DNA of 64,000 nt, taken from the NCBI GenBank assembly GCA_951406725.2, contig OX597825.1, positions 68,882,001-68,946,000 of the forward strand, given 5' to 3'. The DNA comes from Octopus vulgaris (Eukaryota). Both the position numbers and the translations under genes were made by a program. The notes under the pieces were generated by a model that was not told the DNA's origin, made no database searches, and worked only from the letters and a program-made list of their open reading frames with translations. Positions 38,553-51,986 of this stretch are shown piece by piece (position 1 is the first letter of the stretch; each line of letters opens with the position of its first letter).

Positions 38553-39654
38553 TTTAGATTTTGCCTATGACTATGTCACAAACTACATAGGCCCCTAAAA
38601 TAATTAACGAAAGCGTGGTACATGTCATCAAGACTTAGTCGTTGATGAGTGACGGCTGACATTAAACTTTAAAAATCTGTAGTTTAATTTGAACGTATGA
38701 TGTGGCATTTACACACAATTCACTATCTGTTGTATGCAACAGAAGCATATTAGAATGCACATTTGGTTATCATACTTTATGTAAATACACCTGGAGGGGG
38801 CAAATTTATTGTGGTATTCATCAGGAGAGAAACGCAATATATATCAGGAGACCAAAATCGATTCAGCAGCGGCAATGGGTAAAGTTTAGATACAATTCTG
38901 CTAGTCCAACATCACCACCACCACATCCTCCAACACTAACTTCACCTCCATTATCACCATCACCATCACCATCACAACAACCACAACAACCTACAACACC
39001 AACACCAACACCGCCACAGATATCATCACCACCACAAATAACAGCATCACCAGCAGCAGCACCAGCACCAACACCGCCACAACCACAAATACTCCCACCA
39101 CCGTCTCCGATGCCACCATGTCGTTCATTACTCAATTCTGTCCGACCCACCACGGGCGCCATTTTGTCCATGACTCTAGTAATTCTATCACCATTTTATT
39201 CGTCAATTTAGTTCAGCGGTTCTCAAAAATTTTTAGACTTCATGGTGCACTTGTAATCAAGTTACAAGAATAATCATTGGTATATTTCCTACGAAAACAT
39301 AATTACTGATTCCCTAATGCGTATGAAAAGCAAAATGGAAACAGACAGTGTTTCATAGATAAAATTTAGAAAAAACACGCTTAACCTTACAGTCTTATTT
39401 TATTTATTATTCTCCTGTAAAGCAAAACATAAACCATGTTTATTCTTTTATTCTTTTACTTGTTTCATATTTCTTTATTACCCACAAGGGGATAAACATA
39501 GAGGGCACAAACAAGGACAGACAAAGGAATTATGTCGATTATATCGACCCCAGTGTGTAACTGGTACTTATTTTTTTTTCCATCTTCGAAAAGAAAAGCT
39601 CTACATTTGTATTTGTCCCCTCTGTATTCAGCCCTGTGTGGCCAATAAAGAAAG

Positions 39655-39728
<74 letters not shown>

Positions 39729-39738
39729 GTCTGTCTGC

Positions 39739-39812
<74 letters not shown>

Positions 39813-39818
39813 GTCTGC

Positions 39819-39891
<73 letters not shown>

Positions 39892-40794
39892 AGTCTATAC
39901 AACGGGATTAACTCACGGGGCTGTTGCAGAAGACTTTAGCTCAGAATACTACGCAATGGAACCGAACCGTGCACCATGTGGGTGGGAAGCAGAACCGTAT
40001 GTCTTTGAAGACACCAGAGGATAAATATCTGAATCTCTAATTTATATTTTTAATAACCAGCCAGGAACCTAGTTACACATTGGACTCTGCTACCCACTGT
40101 GCCACCGTACGTGGCAATGAAGCCTCTACTTCGCTGGTTCTTGCAATCCACAAGCCTCTTTCTTTGGTTCTTAACATTTACACAATGTATCGTGAAGCTC
40201 GAAATATTAATATAATTGTTGATATCATGGTAAGTAATATAATATAGTTATAAATCTAGTTATAATTATCTTCTTTTACAGCTTCTACGTGGTGTGAAAT
40301 TATGGAAGAATATTTTGGCGGTAATGTAAAAGCTATGGACGAAGAAATGCAATATACTGTTTCATATATCGTCTTAAATTTCTTCCGTCATAAAAATTGA
40401 TGTAAATTGATTTACATTGTAATAAACGTCCTTCATTGATGTATAAATCTCAGATTCTAAGTGTGTGCCAGAACAACCAATTTGAAGCAAAGAGAAAATA
40501 TAGTAAATAAGGAAATATTTCGGAAACGAATATTTTTATTTTTCCTTTGGTAGCGAAGCAACTAAGACTTTCTGCAGCTATCATATTATTTCATTCAGTG
40601 ATCGTCTGGTATCACTTCAATAAGCATTTTTGAGTGGTCGAGAAGTTTGCAGTGAAAATACGGAGTTTCGCGTTGGAGGCTCCTGCGTGGAACCTCAGGA
40701 AAGATGTCTTCTACGATGGTCTCCCGAGAGTCGATGCTTTCTGAGTGAAACTTGGTGATCGGAAACTACGTGTAAGCCTGTTAGAAGCGATGGG

Positions 40795-41076
40795 GGATCT
40801 TTTCACTTTGACCGGCAGATTTTTAAACAATTTCTTTGTAACTAAACACTTTTATACAACAGAAATTGTATTCACCTCAATAGACGTCATTGATTGGTTG
40901 AAATTGCCAAATGCAAGAAATTTAACAAGAAATAGCTTACAAACTACAGAATTTTCTCAAGAAAGCCAAGAGAAAAAGATGTTTTATGTAACACATTCTA
41001 CCAGAATACGAAGTTTAAAAGTGTTTAGTTACAAAGAAATTATTTTAAAAATCTGCCGGTCAAAGTGAAAAGATCC
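40795..41076. mobile_element. Merlin-like MITE
   Basis: ~60-bp TIRs beginning GGATCTTTT(T)CACTTTGACCGGCAGATTTTTAAA; 8-bp near-perfect TSD GCGATGGG / GGGATGGG. Confidence 0.7.
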
Positions 41077-42069
41077 GGGATGGGTGATGATCTTGAGTGA
41101 ATGACTTTATCTGTCCTTTGGGCACTCGTAGTAGAACGCACTCAGTTACAAGCATTCTTACTAGCCACCCGGGATGAATATAGATGTTCTTTTTCTCTCA
41201 CCAAGCTCAGAAGACTCGAAAACTGTCAGGGGCACCGTCTTTTCTTTATCTGCCAAGGTAAATACATGTTGAAACTCAGAGGCCGCCTAAAGCTAGGAAT
41301 AGAGGAAACTAAAAGACAACGATGATCTGTAATTAGTTTTTAGTTAATTTATAGTCACCAGAGAATGTTTTCGAAATTATTACCAGGCTTCAAAAAAGGA
41401 TAAGCAATGCGGTCAATTTATCCGACGAAGCCCTTCAATGCAGACCTCCCTGTATGACCGCAAACCAGACACTGAAATCAAGAAAGAAAAAAAACAACAA
41501 AAACAACAAACTCCTAAATTAAAATATACAAACAAATAAATGTGTATTGTTTTAATTAGAACAAAACAAAACAAAACAAATTTTCTTTGAATATTTTATT
41601 TAAAAGATTTAGTTTTTCATTTGCATGTTTTACTCAGTTTAAGAAGTTTCTGAAGAACAATGGAATTCATTATTGGTGGCATCTATTTTAAATACACCGT
41701 GTTAAATTTAGCTTTCATCAATGTCTCATAATTAGGCAGTGTTTGTCTGGTACTTTAGAAAAGGCCACCAATTGTTGTTAAGTCTATACCACTTATTTTC
41801 CGTTCTCAAAACCAAAAAACAAGGTTGTTTTCATTATCTTTGTATGAATAAATTTTAATTTTTCACCATACTTTTATTACAATAATATTGTTTCTTCATT
41901 ATTCCTAAATACAAAATCGTATAAAAATATGCGACAGTATGTTTTCTTGACCAATAATAAATTTTGTTTTTGATTTATTTGGAAAACTATTTTAAGATAT
42001 TTGTAAACTGAAATATGAATAAATCTTCAGGATTAAAAACATATTCATTTTTTTTCATGTCTTGAGTGC

Positions 42070-42564
42070 ATGGCCGCATAGTTAAGTGATTAAACAACTC
42101 GCTTTCCAGCCACGTGGTTTCGGGGTCCAGTCTCACTGCAAGGCAGCTGAGGCAGGTGTCTTCGAGCAATACATTGTAATTGAATTTGTTAAATGGAAAG
42201 TGTGTGGAAGCCTTACATATATATAAAATAATTTTTTGCGTAATGAGATAAAAAAAACCTATCTAAATTAACTATTAATTAACCATCCTCTCACACCGTC
42301 TCCGATGAAGGGATATAATTAATAAATATCCTGGAAACAGCTATAAGACCTTCTATCTATAAATGTTCTATGTACACAGCCTTGGGTTTTTTTTATCTCA
42401 TTGCGCAAACTATACTTATATGCACACGCTGACATATGACCAACGTTGAACCCCTTATTCGCCAAATTACCGAACCTGGAACTTAACTATGGTCTGTCTA
42501 TAGTACTTATTCAGTATTACCTGATACCTTTGGGTCTCAATGACACCATTACCTCTTATAACCT

Positions 42565-42611
<47 letters not shown>

Positions 42612-42830
42612 TGTGTGCATATATATGTAGTTAGTTTTTGTCTTCGCCACCGCTTAACAACCGGCGTTGGTTTCTTCCCGTAACTTAGCAGTTTGGCAAA
42701 GTGAACGATAATATAAGTACCAGACAAAGAAAAAAACTCAAATCTGGATTCTATTTGCTCCACTAATCCCTTCAAAGCAGAGCTCCAGTGTGGCCGCAAC
42801 GCAATGACTGTGAAAGTAACAGATAATAAA
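42070..42830 (+). mobile_element. Diverged SINE B with a hammerhead-bearing insert (~42230-42568) in its internal AT tract
   Basis: Head 42070-42212, 3' half 42635-42830; the insert carries GTCT-CCGATGA-AGGGATAT..ATATCCTG-GAAAC-AGCT-ATA-AGAC. Confidence 0.65.
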
Positions 42831-44684
42831 AGGACTAAATTAAGCATCATGACCCTTATACAAGGTCTCTGAGACGGATGATGGTGGGGAAACTAAGGTA
42901 AAAGCCATAACCCCGTGAGAGTTATACTGTAACAGATAAAGAGTTTCAATATTCGAATATGCAAGCAGACTGACGTCTTCTAAAGTCACTTGGTACGTCA
43001 GGTGTTTTTGTGAAACCAGGAGACGGATGCCTTAATCGATTCTCGACCCTTATTGATGTCTCGTCAGAGGCGCTTACATCACTTGAGCAATCATAGGAAA
43101 CCATATAGTCAATCCGTTAATATACACATGAAATATAGTACCCACAGAGATCCAGGGGGTTTATAAATTGATTTGTTTGTTTATTCGGGCCTTTATTCGG
43201 ACAGTGTAAGATGAGAAGCGAACCGATTAATTTTTATATTAATTTAACAATTTTCTGTAAAGTAATTAATCCCAGTAAAGGTGAACAAACCTGTGACGGA
43301 CCGGCATCCCGTCCATGTGGGTAACCTATACACAATGAAACCGGGAAACCGGCCCTCATGAACCAGGCTTTCTTCGAGAAGGAACAAACAATAAACAACA
43401 AAAAGTGAGCATATCCTTAGGAAGTATTTGATGGAAATGAAATAGATTGGTTCATTGGTTCAATCCTATTCAAGACTTTCAGAATTCCTAATTTTAGCAC
43501 AAGGCCAGTAATTTTTATGAGATTGGAGAAAGGTCGACTTCAGTTGAATTTGAATTGAACTGAGAACATACAAAGCCGGAAGAAATGCGGTTAAACACTT
43601 TGTCCGATGTGGTAACGATTCTCTCAGTTCGCTGCCATAATGATAACACAGTATAAAAAATTGTTATTTTTGTTTGTCTTTGATCAGTAGTGTTACTTCC
43701 TATTTGTCTCTATCAAAGGAAGTTACTACAATTCTCTTTAAACTTTGCTTTTGTGACCCGGAAATCAATGTTTTGAAACTGACTTTCCATCACATTTGAA
43801 ACGGATTCAGCGCTGAGTTGCTGAAGCAAATATCGTTATAGCAAATATTCTGTCTGTCATTAGGTACTAACCACAGAGCTTCAGACAGTGGTACTCGTGG
43901 TGTACAAGCGCTTGTCATTACAATCCAGTCACATATCCGTCATTTGTTGCAAGCATTCAGTGTGTTACAACATTCGTCGGATACCTATGTTTCGAACCGC
44001 GAAAGTCTACAGTAGGACTAAATAGTTAGCTGAGAGGTCAGGGTCACTCTGAAATGCTTTTGTCGAGGAAGCACAAGAAGACGGCAATTGTTTGCGAAGC
44101 TGGAGCAATCACAATGTATGTATGTATGTACGTTCGTGTGTGCGTGTGCGAACGTGCTGAGTATGTGTACGTGTGTGTGTATGTACTGTGTGTGTGTGTG
44201 TACTGTGTGTGTGTGTGTATTATGAGAGACTAGGAAGGGGATCGAACCAACGAATCAATCAATCACGTTTCCATCGAAAAGTTCATTAGGGCTTGTTCCC
44301 TTTTGGTCTCGAAACTATCAATAACGTTTGCTAAAGGAATTAATTATTAACGGAAAATGGCCAAAAATTGTTAATTAAATATTAAATTGATCGCTTCAAT
44401 TCTTATTCTAGGCTTCCCATAATCCCTTCTTAGGGCCAGTTTCCCTGTAGCAGTAACTACGCATGAATACGTGTCGGTACATTGATGTTTCACAATGCAC
44501 TGCTAGTTATTTGCCGACCATAATCCTAATAATATTATGTTACAACAGGAGATATAATACTTCGGTTTTGATTAAATATCTCTCATACATATATTCATTT
44601 GATCTTTTATTCCATTACTGGCATCAGTCATTAGATTGTGGTCAAGCTGGAGCAATAATTTTAAAGAACGGAGTGGATCATATT

Positions 44685-45405
44685 GGTTTCGAATTTTGGC
44701 ACAAGGCCAGCAAGTTCAGGTAAGGGGTGTGCTCAACTGGTGATTAATTTATCGACCTCGAAAGTACGAGCGGGAAAGTCGACGTCTACAGATTTTGAAC
44801 TCAGAAGGTAAAGACGGACTAAATGCCTCTAAGCATTTTGTCCGGCGTGCTAACAATTCTTATTTCTTTACTACCCACAAGGGGCTATACACAGAGGAGA
44901 CAAACGAAGACAAACAAATGGATTAAATCGATTATATCGACCCCAATGCGTTACTGGTACATATTTAATCGACCCTGAAAGGATGAAAGGCAAAGTCGAC
45001 CTCGGCGGAATTTCGACTCAGAACATAAAGACAGACGAAATATTTCTTTACTACCCACAAGGGGCTAAACATAGAGTGGACAAACAAGGACAGACATGTG
45101 TGGAGTCACATGGCCTAGTGGTTAGAGCAACGGACTCGTGGTCGAGGGATCGCGTGTTCGAATCTCAGGCCGGGCGATGTGTGTGTTTATGAGCGAAACA
45201 CCTAATCTCCACGCGGCTCCGGTAGAAGGTAATGGCGAACTTCTACTGACTCTTTCGCCACCACTTTCTCTCACTCTTTCCTCCAGCATCTTGCAGCTCA
45301 CCTGCGACGGACCGGTCCCACCGTCTAGATGGGGAACCTATACTCCAAGGAAACCGGGAAACCGGCCCTTATGAGTCAGGCGTGGCTCGAGAAGGAACAA
45401 ACAAC
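44685..45405. mobile_element. SINE A multimer (minus, 44685-45095) abutting a SINE C-variant (plus, 45100-45405)
   Basis: Repeated TATTTCTTTACTACCCACAAGGGGCTA at 44861 and 45041; tRNA-like head TGGCCTAGTGG...GTTCGAATC at 45111. Confidence 0.8.
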
Positions 45406-47291
45406 ATAGACATGTACTTGCTTAGATCATATGATAGTTATGATCGTTAGTTCATTCCTCATCCAAATTTGCAGAAAGATTCCTTGTAGGTCTAGTTTCA
45501 TCACAAAGAAACGAAACATCTATGAATATAAGACTGTAAATAATTTGTATAGAATAAAATATTTCAGTTTTTATAGATAGGTAAAAAAAACGAAAAGGTT
45601 ATTAATTCTTCGTCTGAGTAAACAAGAAGTTTAATTCACCAATTCCCCAATTATAAGACCAGCTGGATAGTTAAGAAAACTATCCTAATATTAAATCCGA
45701 TATTGAGACAAATTTTGTTACATTACATTGCGACATCACTTTCGAATTGGACAACTTAATTGGGTGATCTATAAAGAAGAACTAATAAATAAACCGGCAT
45801 TATAAACAACTGGTATGATGTAGCAATACTGTATAAAGCTAGACATACCATCTGATATATTACGATACAAGAATTTTTAGAATATAATCAATTTGTCTTG
45901 AACTGGGCCCAGTGGTTTAGAAAGGTTTATGCATGGAATCTTTCATAGTTATTTATTCTCTGCCGATTTTATGTGTCTGGAGATATTTTACGAATATTTT
46001 TTTTTATCTCTCCACAAAATGTTTTATTAGGACACCAAAATAGAAGAAATAGTTATTTATCCAATTTTTCTATAAACTATAAATTGTACGGATTGTATTT
46101 TATAGGAATTTTATTAGAAAAGATTCTTCATAATTTCTTCAAATTTACAATTCTTCTGCATTAATTGCTTACAGATTTTCAAAAGATATATTATGTTTCA
46201 GATAAAACTTCTTTCGTTCACTAGTCGTAATGAAACTTCTTTTAATTATTTTTTTTCTTCTTCTCATTTTATCTTTCTTCATATAATTACATTAATATAA
46301 TTACGACCATTAAAGAGATGAACTGAAAAATTCTAACTCCCTGATGTCTTGCTGATTTATGAATAACATAGAGAAATATAACTGGAAAATGTTTTATGTC
46401 ATTTCAAAGTTTAATCGATTAGATTTTAAGTTAGTTTATTTACGATTTTCAATGAATTCAACTGTGAAAAAACATTAGTCGTGGGCGGGGTCGAACAGGC
46501 GTTTGGATTGATATGTCGGTTGTGGTGGTATAGGTGGTGATGGTGGTTGTGGTGATATCGAATACTTTAACTCATTGAAAACTTTAATCTGTATTAGTTG
46601 TTGGCTCTAAAAGAAATGGAAAGCCAGAATACGAACCATCGAATCTCGAGCTTTTTGTCTTGTAGCTTTATCGACTTGGCCAGCAATGATTCTTGAAGTT
46701 GGATAAAAAAAAATCCTGATTCTACGATACATAATAGTTTACGTGGTACCAAAAATGTTTATTTATATCTTGTAACCGTTTTAGTTATGAGAAACGAACA
46801 GGGTTTATTAATGATTTTAGTCTGACCCCACTCGCAGACTGGGTTACACATAATCAGGAGGGTTTTCTTACTGAGTCTACAAGGAATTCCAGAAAGTTCA
46901 ATCAAATCCTACTTAACACGCCACTGACCATAAAAAGAGCGACTGGATGTTCGGATTTGTGACGAGTTTGAAGCTTCAACAAAATTCCCGCATCCTCAAT
47001 TTTCACAAATTTAGATGAAATTCTGACGACAAAACATTTTGATACACATGACATTTACAATGCATTGATATTCACGGGGCTACAGTAGAAGAAAAGCTTT
47101 CCCAGTGCGCTGTGCAGTGGCACAGAACCTGAAACTACGTGGTTGCAAAGCGAGCTTCTTAACGACATACGACCAAAAACAAATAGATTTTGTTTTGTTT
47201 AAATTTCCAGCAAAGAAAACTAAAGAACGCTACTATAACGACCACGAAATTTTACAACTAAATCACATTTCTTTTAATATACAATTTTTAG

Positions 47292-47706
47292 AAGGCGGCG
47301 AGCTGGCAGAAACGTTAGCACGCCGGGCGAAAGGCTTAGCGGTATTTCGTCTGCGTTACGTTGTGAGTTCAAATTCCGCTGAAGTCGACTTTGCCTTTCA
47401 TCCTTTCGGGGTCGATAAATTAAGTACCAGTTACGAACCTGGGTCGATGTAATCGACTTAATACCTATGTCTGTCCTTGTTTGTTCCCTCTGTGTTTAGC
47501 CCCTTGTGGGTAATAAAGAAATAGGTATTTCGTCTGCCGTTACGTTGTGAGTTCAAATTCCGCCGAGGTCGACTTTGCCTTTCATCCTTTCGGGGTCGAT
47601 AAATTAAGTACCAATTACGCACTGGGCTCGATATAATCGACTTAATCCGTTTATCTGTCCTTGTTTGTCCTCTCTGTGTTTAGCCCCTTGTGGGTAGTAA
47701 AGAAAT
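47292..47706 (+). mobile_element. SINE family A dimer with TSD
   Basis: 183-bp unit (GGTATTTCG at 47341 and 47524); flanked by AATATA(C/T)AATTTTTAGAAG. Confidence 0.9.
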
Positions 47707-47859
47707 ATATAATTTTTAGAAGCCTGCTAGCTGACAGAAGCGTTAGCACGCCGGGTGAAATGCTTAAGTACCAGTTGCGTACTGGGGTCGATCTAATCGA
47801 CTGGCCTCCTATCCCTAAATAAATATCGGGCCTTCTGCCTAGAATAGAGAAAGAATATT

Positions 47860-48393
47860 CCTTTCTATTATAGGTACAAGGCCTGAAATTTTTGGGGAGG
47901 GGGCCAACAACTAATTCATCTCTACCTCAGTACGCAACTGGAATTTGAACTCAGAACGTGAAGAAAGATGAAATACCTATTTCTTTACTACTCACAAGGG
48001 TCTAAACACAGAGGGGACAAACAAGGACAGACAAAGGGATTAAGTCGATTACATCGACCCCAGTGCGTAACTTGTACTTAATTTATCGACTCCGAAAGGA
48101 TGAAAGGCAAAGTCGACCTTGGCGGAATTTGAACTCAGAACGTAACGGCAGATGAAATTCCTATTTCTTTACTACCCACAAGGGGCTAAACACAGAGGGG
48201 ACAAACAAGGACAGACAAAGGGATTAAGTCGATTACATCGACCCCAGTGCGTAACTGGTACTTATTTAATCGACCCCGAAAGGATGAAAGGCAAAGTCGA
48301 CCTCGGCGGAATTGGAACTCAGAACGTAGCGGCAGACGAAATACTGCCAAGCATTTCGCCCGACGAGCTAACGCTTTCTGCCAGCTCGCCGCC
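47860..48393 (-). mobile_element. SINE family A trimer (third unit internally deleted, different tail)
   Basis: Junctions GAAAT(A/T)CCTATTTCTTT at ~47970 and ~48154. Confidence 0.85.
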
Positions 48394-48439
48394 TTGTCTA
48401 CGATTTAATAATACTTTAATATAATCTTCTTTTACCTCT

Positions 48440-49686
48440 ATCCTTTACTTGTTTCAGTCATAGGACTGCAGTAATGCCGAGGCATCGTCTTGAAGGGTTT
48501 TAGTCGAACAAAGCGCACCCAGTACATACGATTTTAAGTTTGGTGCTTATTCTATCGGTCTCTTTTGCCGAACGCTAAATTACGGTGACGTAAACACACC
48601 AACACCGGTTTTTCATCGAACTGCTAAATTATCCTTTATATTTTATTTGTTTCAATCATTTGACGGTTGCGGCCATGCTGGGGCACCGCCTTGAAGGGTT
48701 TTAGGCGAATGAATCGATCCAAGGACTTATTTTATTTTCACAGACTAGTACTTATTGTATCGGTCTCTGTTGCCGAACAGCTAAGTTACGGGGACATAAA
48801 CACAATAGTAACGATTGTCAGGCCGTGATGGGAGCTAACACACGCAAACACACACACACATATGCACACGCACACACACGTGTATATACGAGAGTTTTCC
48901 TCCACTTATCGTCTAAGAAGCTATAGAAGCGCAATGCCTAGCAGTGAAACTGAACCTAGAGCTATGAGGTTGTGAAGCAAGCTTCTTTCCACATAGCCAT
49001 GCCTGCGCTTATGGTGACATAAACAAACCAACAACGGTTATCAAGCAGTAGAAGTGTACTACACAAACACACACGACGTACTACTTCACTGTTTCTTGCA
49101 GCCAAATTCAATTATCAGGCATTGATTGGTCGGGCAGCTGTAGTAGATGTCACTTGCTCGACGTACTGCACAATGGGTAGGACCGAAACCGAAACTACAT
49201 GGCTGCAAACAAGATTCCCAACCACACAGCCACACTTTTGGAACATAGTCTACGATTTTCTTTTTTCTTTTTTTCGCCCTTTTCAAGCCTAGCCAGGCTC
49301 ATGGGCCCGGTTTCCTGGTTTCTGTGACGTATGTGTTCCCCGCAGCTGGACGGGACGCCAGTCCATCGCAGCGTTACTCAAGAAACAGGAAAAAAGATTG
49401 AGAGAAAGTCGTGGAGCTTTTAGGTGTTTTCGCTCAATAAACACACACAACGCCCGGTCGGGAATCGAAACCGTGATCCTCTGACCGCGAGTCCGCTGCC
49501 CTAACCACTGGGCTTGATGGGACACCAATCCATCGTAGCGTTACTCATTTTTGCCAGCTGAGTGGACTGGAGCAACGTGAAATGAAGTGTTTTGCTCAAG
49601 GACAAAACGCCACGCCCGGTGCCGGAATCGAAACCACAATCTTACGATCACGGTGCTGACTCCCTAACCACTAAGCCACGCGCCTC
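48440..49686 (-). mobile_element. Cluster of SINE B and SINE C copies and fragments
   Basis: B 3' halves at 48440-48610 and 48640-49010, B head 49100-49235, C-variant 49255-49514, C 49515-49686. Confidence 0.75.
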
Positions 49687-50402
49687 TGCAGTCTACGATT
49701 TAACAACAATATAACAGCCATATACTAGTTTCACACCGGGATTTTTTTTTGAGTCCATCAATCTTACGTCAGTTCACAGTTCCCAGGGCAGCGATGTTTC
49801 AATGTGTACTGAAGCTGCCGTACAGCACTTTAGAAAATAATTGGGAAAGAAAACCAAAGTAAACGAGTGTCTGACTGCTGTTAAATTAGAGAAATATCGC
49901 ATTGTTATCCTTATGTAGAATATTGCACAGACAAGGGAATTGTTGTAATTTTTAAAACCAATTATATTAATAACGTTAAATTCTGCCTGCAATTAATTTT
50001 TGTCTGATGCACTGCATTCCGATTTCCCTTATGTACGTCCATCTATACATACATACACACACAACACATACACACACATACACACACACACACACACACA
50101 GAGACACATACACACACACGCACACACACACACGTGTATATATTCACGCAAATATGCACCCCACTCATATGCACTTCAGTATATGAATGTATGTCGGTGC
50201 GTGTGTGTGAGTGTGTTCATGTATGTGTATATTAATTGTGTTTGTGTGTGTGCGCGTGTGTAAGTGTATGTGTGTGTTTGTGTGTCTGTATGTATGTGGA
50301 TAACACACAGAAGTGCAGGAGATCCTGAGAGACGCAGAACAGAAATAATGAAAACAGAAAAAAGCAAAAAAACGAGACACCAGGGATGTAGAGAGAGAGA
50401 AA

Positions 50403-50403
<1 letters not shown>

Positions 50404-50469
<66 letters not shown>

Positions 50470-50550
50470 CATATATACATACATATATATATATATACAT
50501 ATATACATACATATATATATATATACATATATACATACATATATATATAT

Positions 50551-50593
<43 letters not shown>

Positions 50594-50728
50594 TATACAT
50601 ATATAAACATATATATATACATATATACATATATAAACATATATATATACATATATATATACATATATAAACATATATATATACATATATATACATATAT
50701 AAACATATATATATATACATATATAAAC

Positions 50729-50826
<98 letters not shown>

Positions 50827-51243
50827 TGAGAGTGAGAGAGAAAGATGTGGTGGAGGCGGAGAGAGAGGGAAGAATGAGGTGAAATGGGAAAATGATGTAA
50901 ATCATTATATCGAAGATTCACTCTCGTAGAAGTTGTTGCTCGTTGATTGGTAGCAAATGTGACAAAGTCTCTACAGCACCAAATGCCATCATTATTTAAA
51001 GACGATGCATCTTTTATCATAAATCGTTGAGTGAGCAGAAGAGAATTCAACCATATTCGTTGTCGCCAAATATGTTTCACGTCACGTCTAGAAAAACTGA
51101 AACGGTATTCATTAGTAAAAAAAAAATAAAATTAAAAAATACACACACACATACAGATTTGTGTGTGTGTTAATATGTATATATGTGTGAGTATGTATTT
51201 ATATATATGTGTGTGTATATATGCATATATATATACACTCACG

Positions 51244-51274
<31 letters not shown>

Positions 51275-51408
51275 GCATATATATATATATATACATATAC
51301 ATACATATATACATATGTAGGTATATATATATATATACATGCATATATATACATACATACATATATACATATGTAGGTATATATATATATATACATGCAT
51401 ATATATAC

Positions 51409-51465
<57 letters not shown>

Positions 51466-51527
51466 CATGTGTGTATATATATATATATATATATAGACAT
51501 ATGTATGTATGCATATATATATATGTA

Positions 51528-51604
<77 letters not shown>
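50404..51604. repeat. Compound (AT)n/(ATAC)n/(GA)n microsatellite blocks
   Basis: Direct reading; 50404-50840 and 51150-51604. Confidence 0.95.
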
Positions 51605-51950
51605 CGTATTCAGAAAATACATGAAGTACGCCTGTAACTAATGGTGTTAATTCATATCGAACTGTCAGTATGGCGTCAAATGCGATAATTTGTTTAGAAT
51701 CGGTTCAGAAACGAAACGATGGCTTTTGATTAGATATATGATTCATAAGTGCACATAATGGCTGTATTACAAGTAATAATAATAACAGCAATAATGGCTA
51801 GATGAATAAGGGGCAAGCCAACGTTAATGGTTAGAGGTATAAAAAAAAAAAACAACAGCAAAAAAAAAAATGACAAAACGACAAAAGCGACCGACGCAGT
51901 TGTAACAGTAGTAACAGTAGTAGTAGTTGTAGTTTTTATCATCATCATCA

Positions 51951-51984
<34 letters not shown>

Positions 51985-51986
<2 letters not shown>

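Noticed and set aside
38702-39211. Proline-rich 169-aa ORF (extensin/mucin-like)
   Set aside because: A degenerate (CCA/ACA)n repeat with a non-ATG start and no splice or domain support.
47341-48393. CRISPR-like or satellite array of repeated ~183-bp units
   Set aside because: No unique spacers and no cas genes in a eukaryotic context; the units are SINE bodies.
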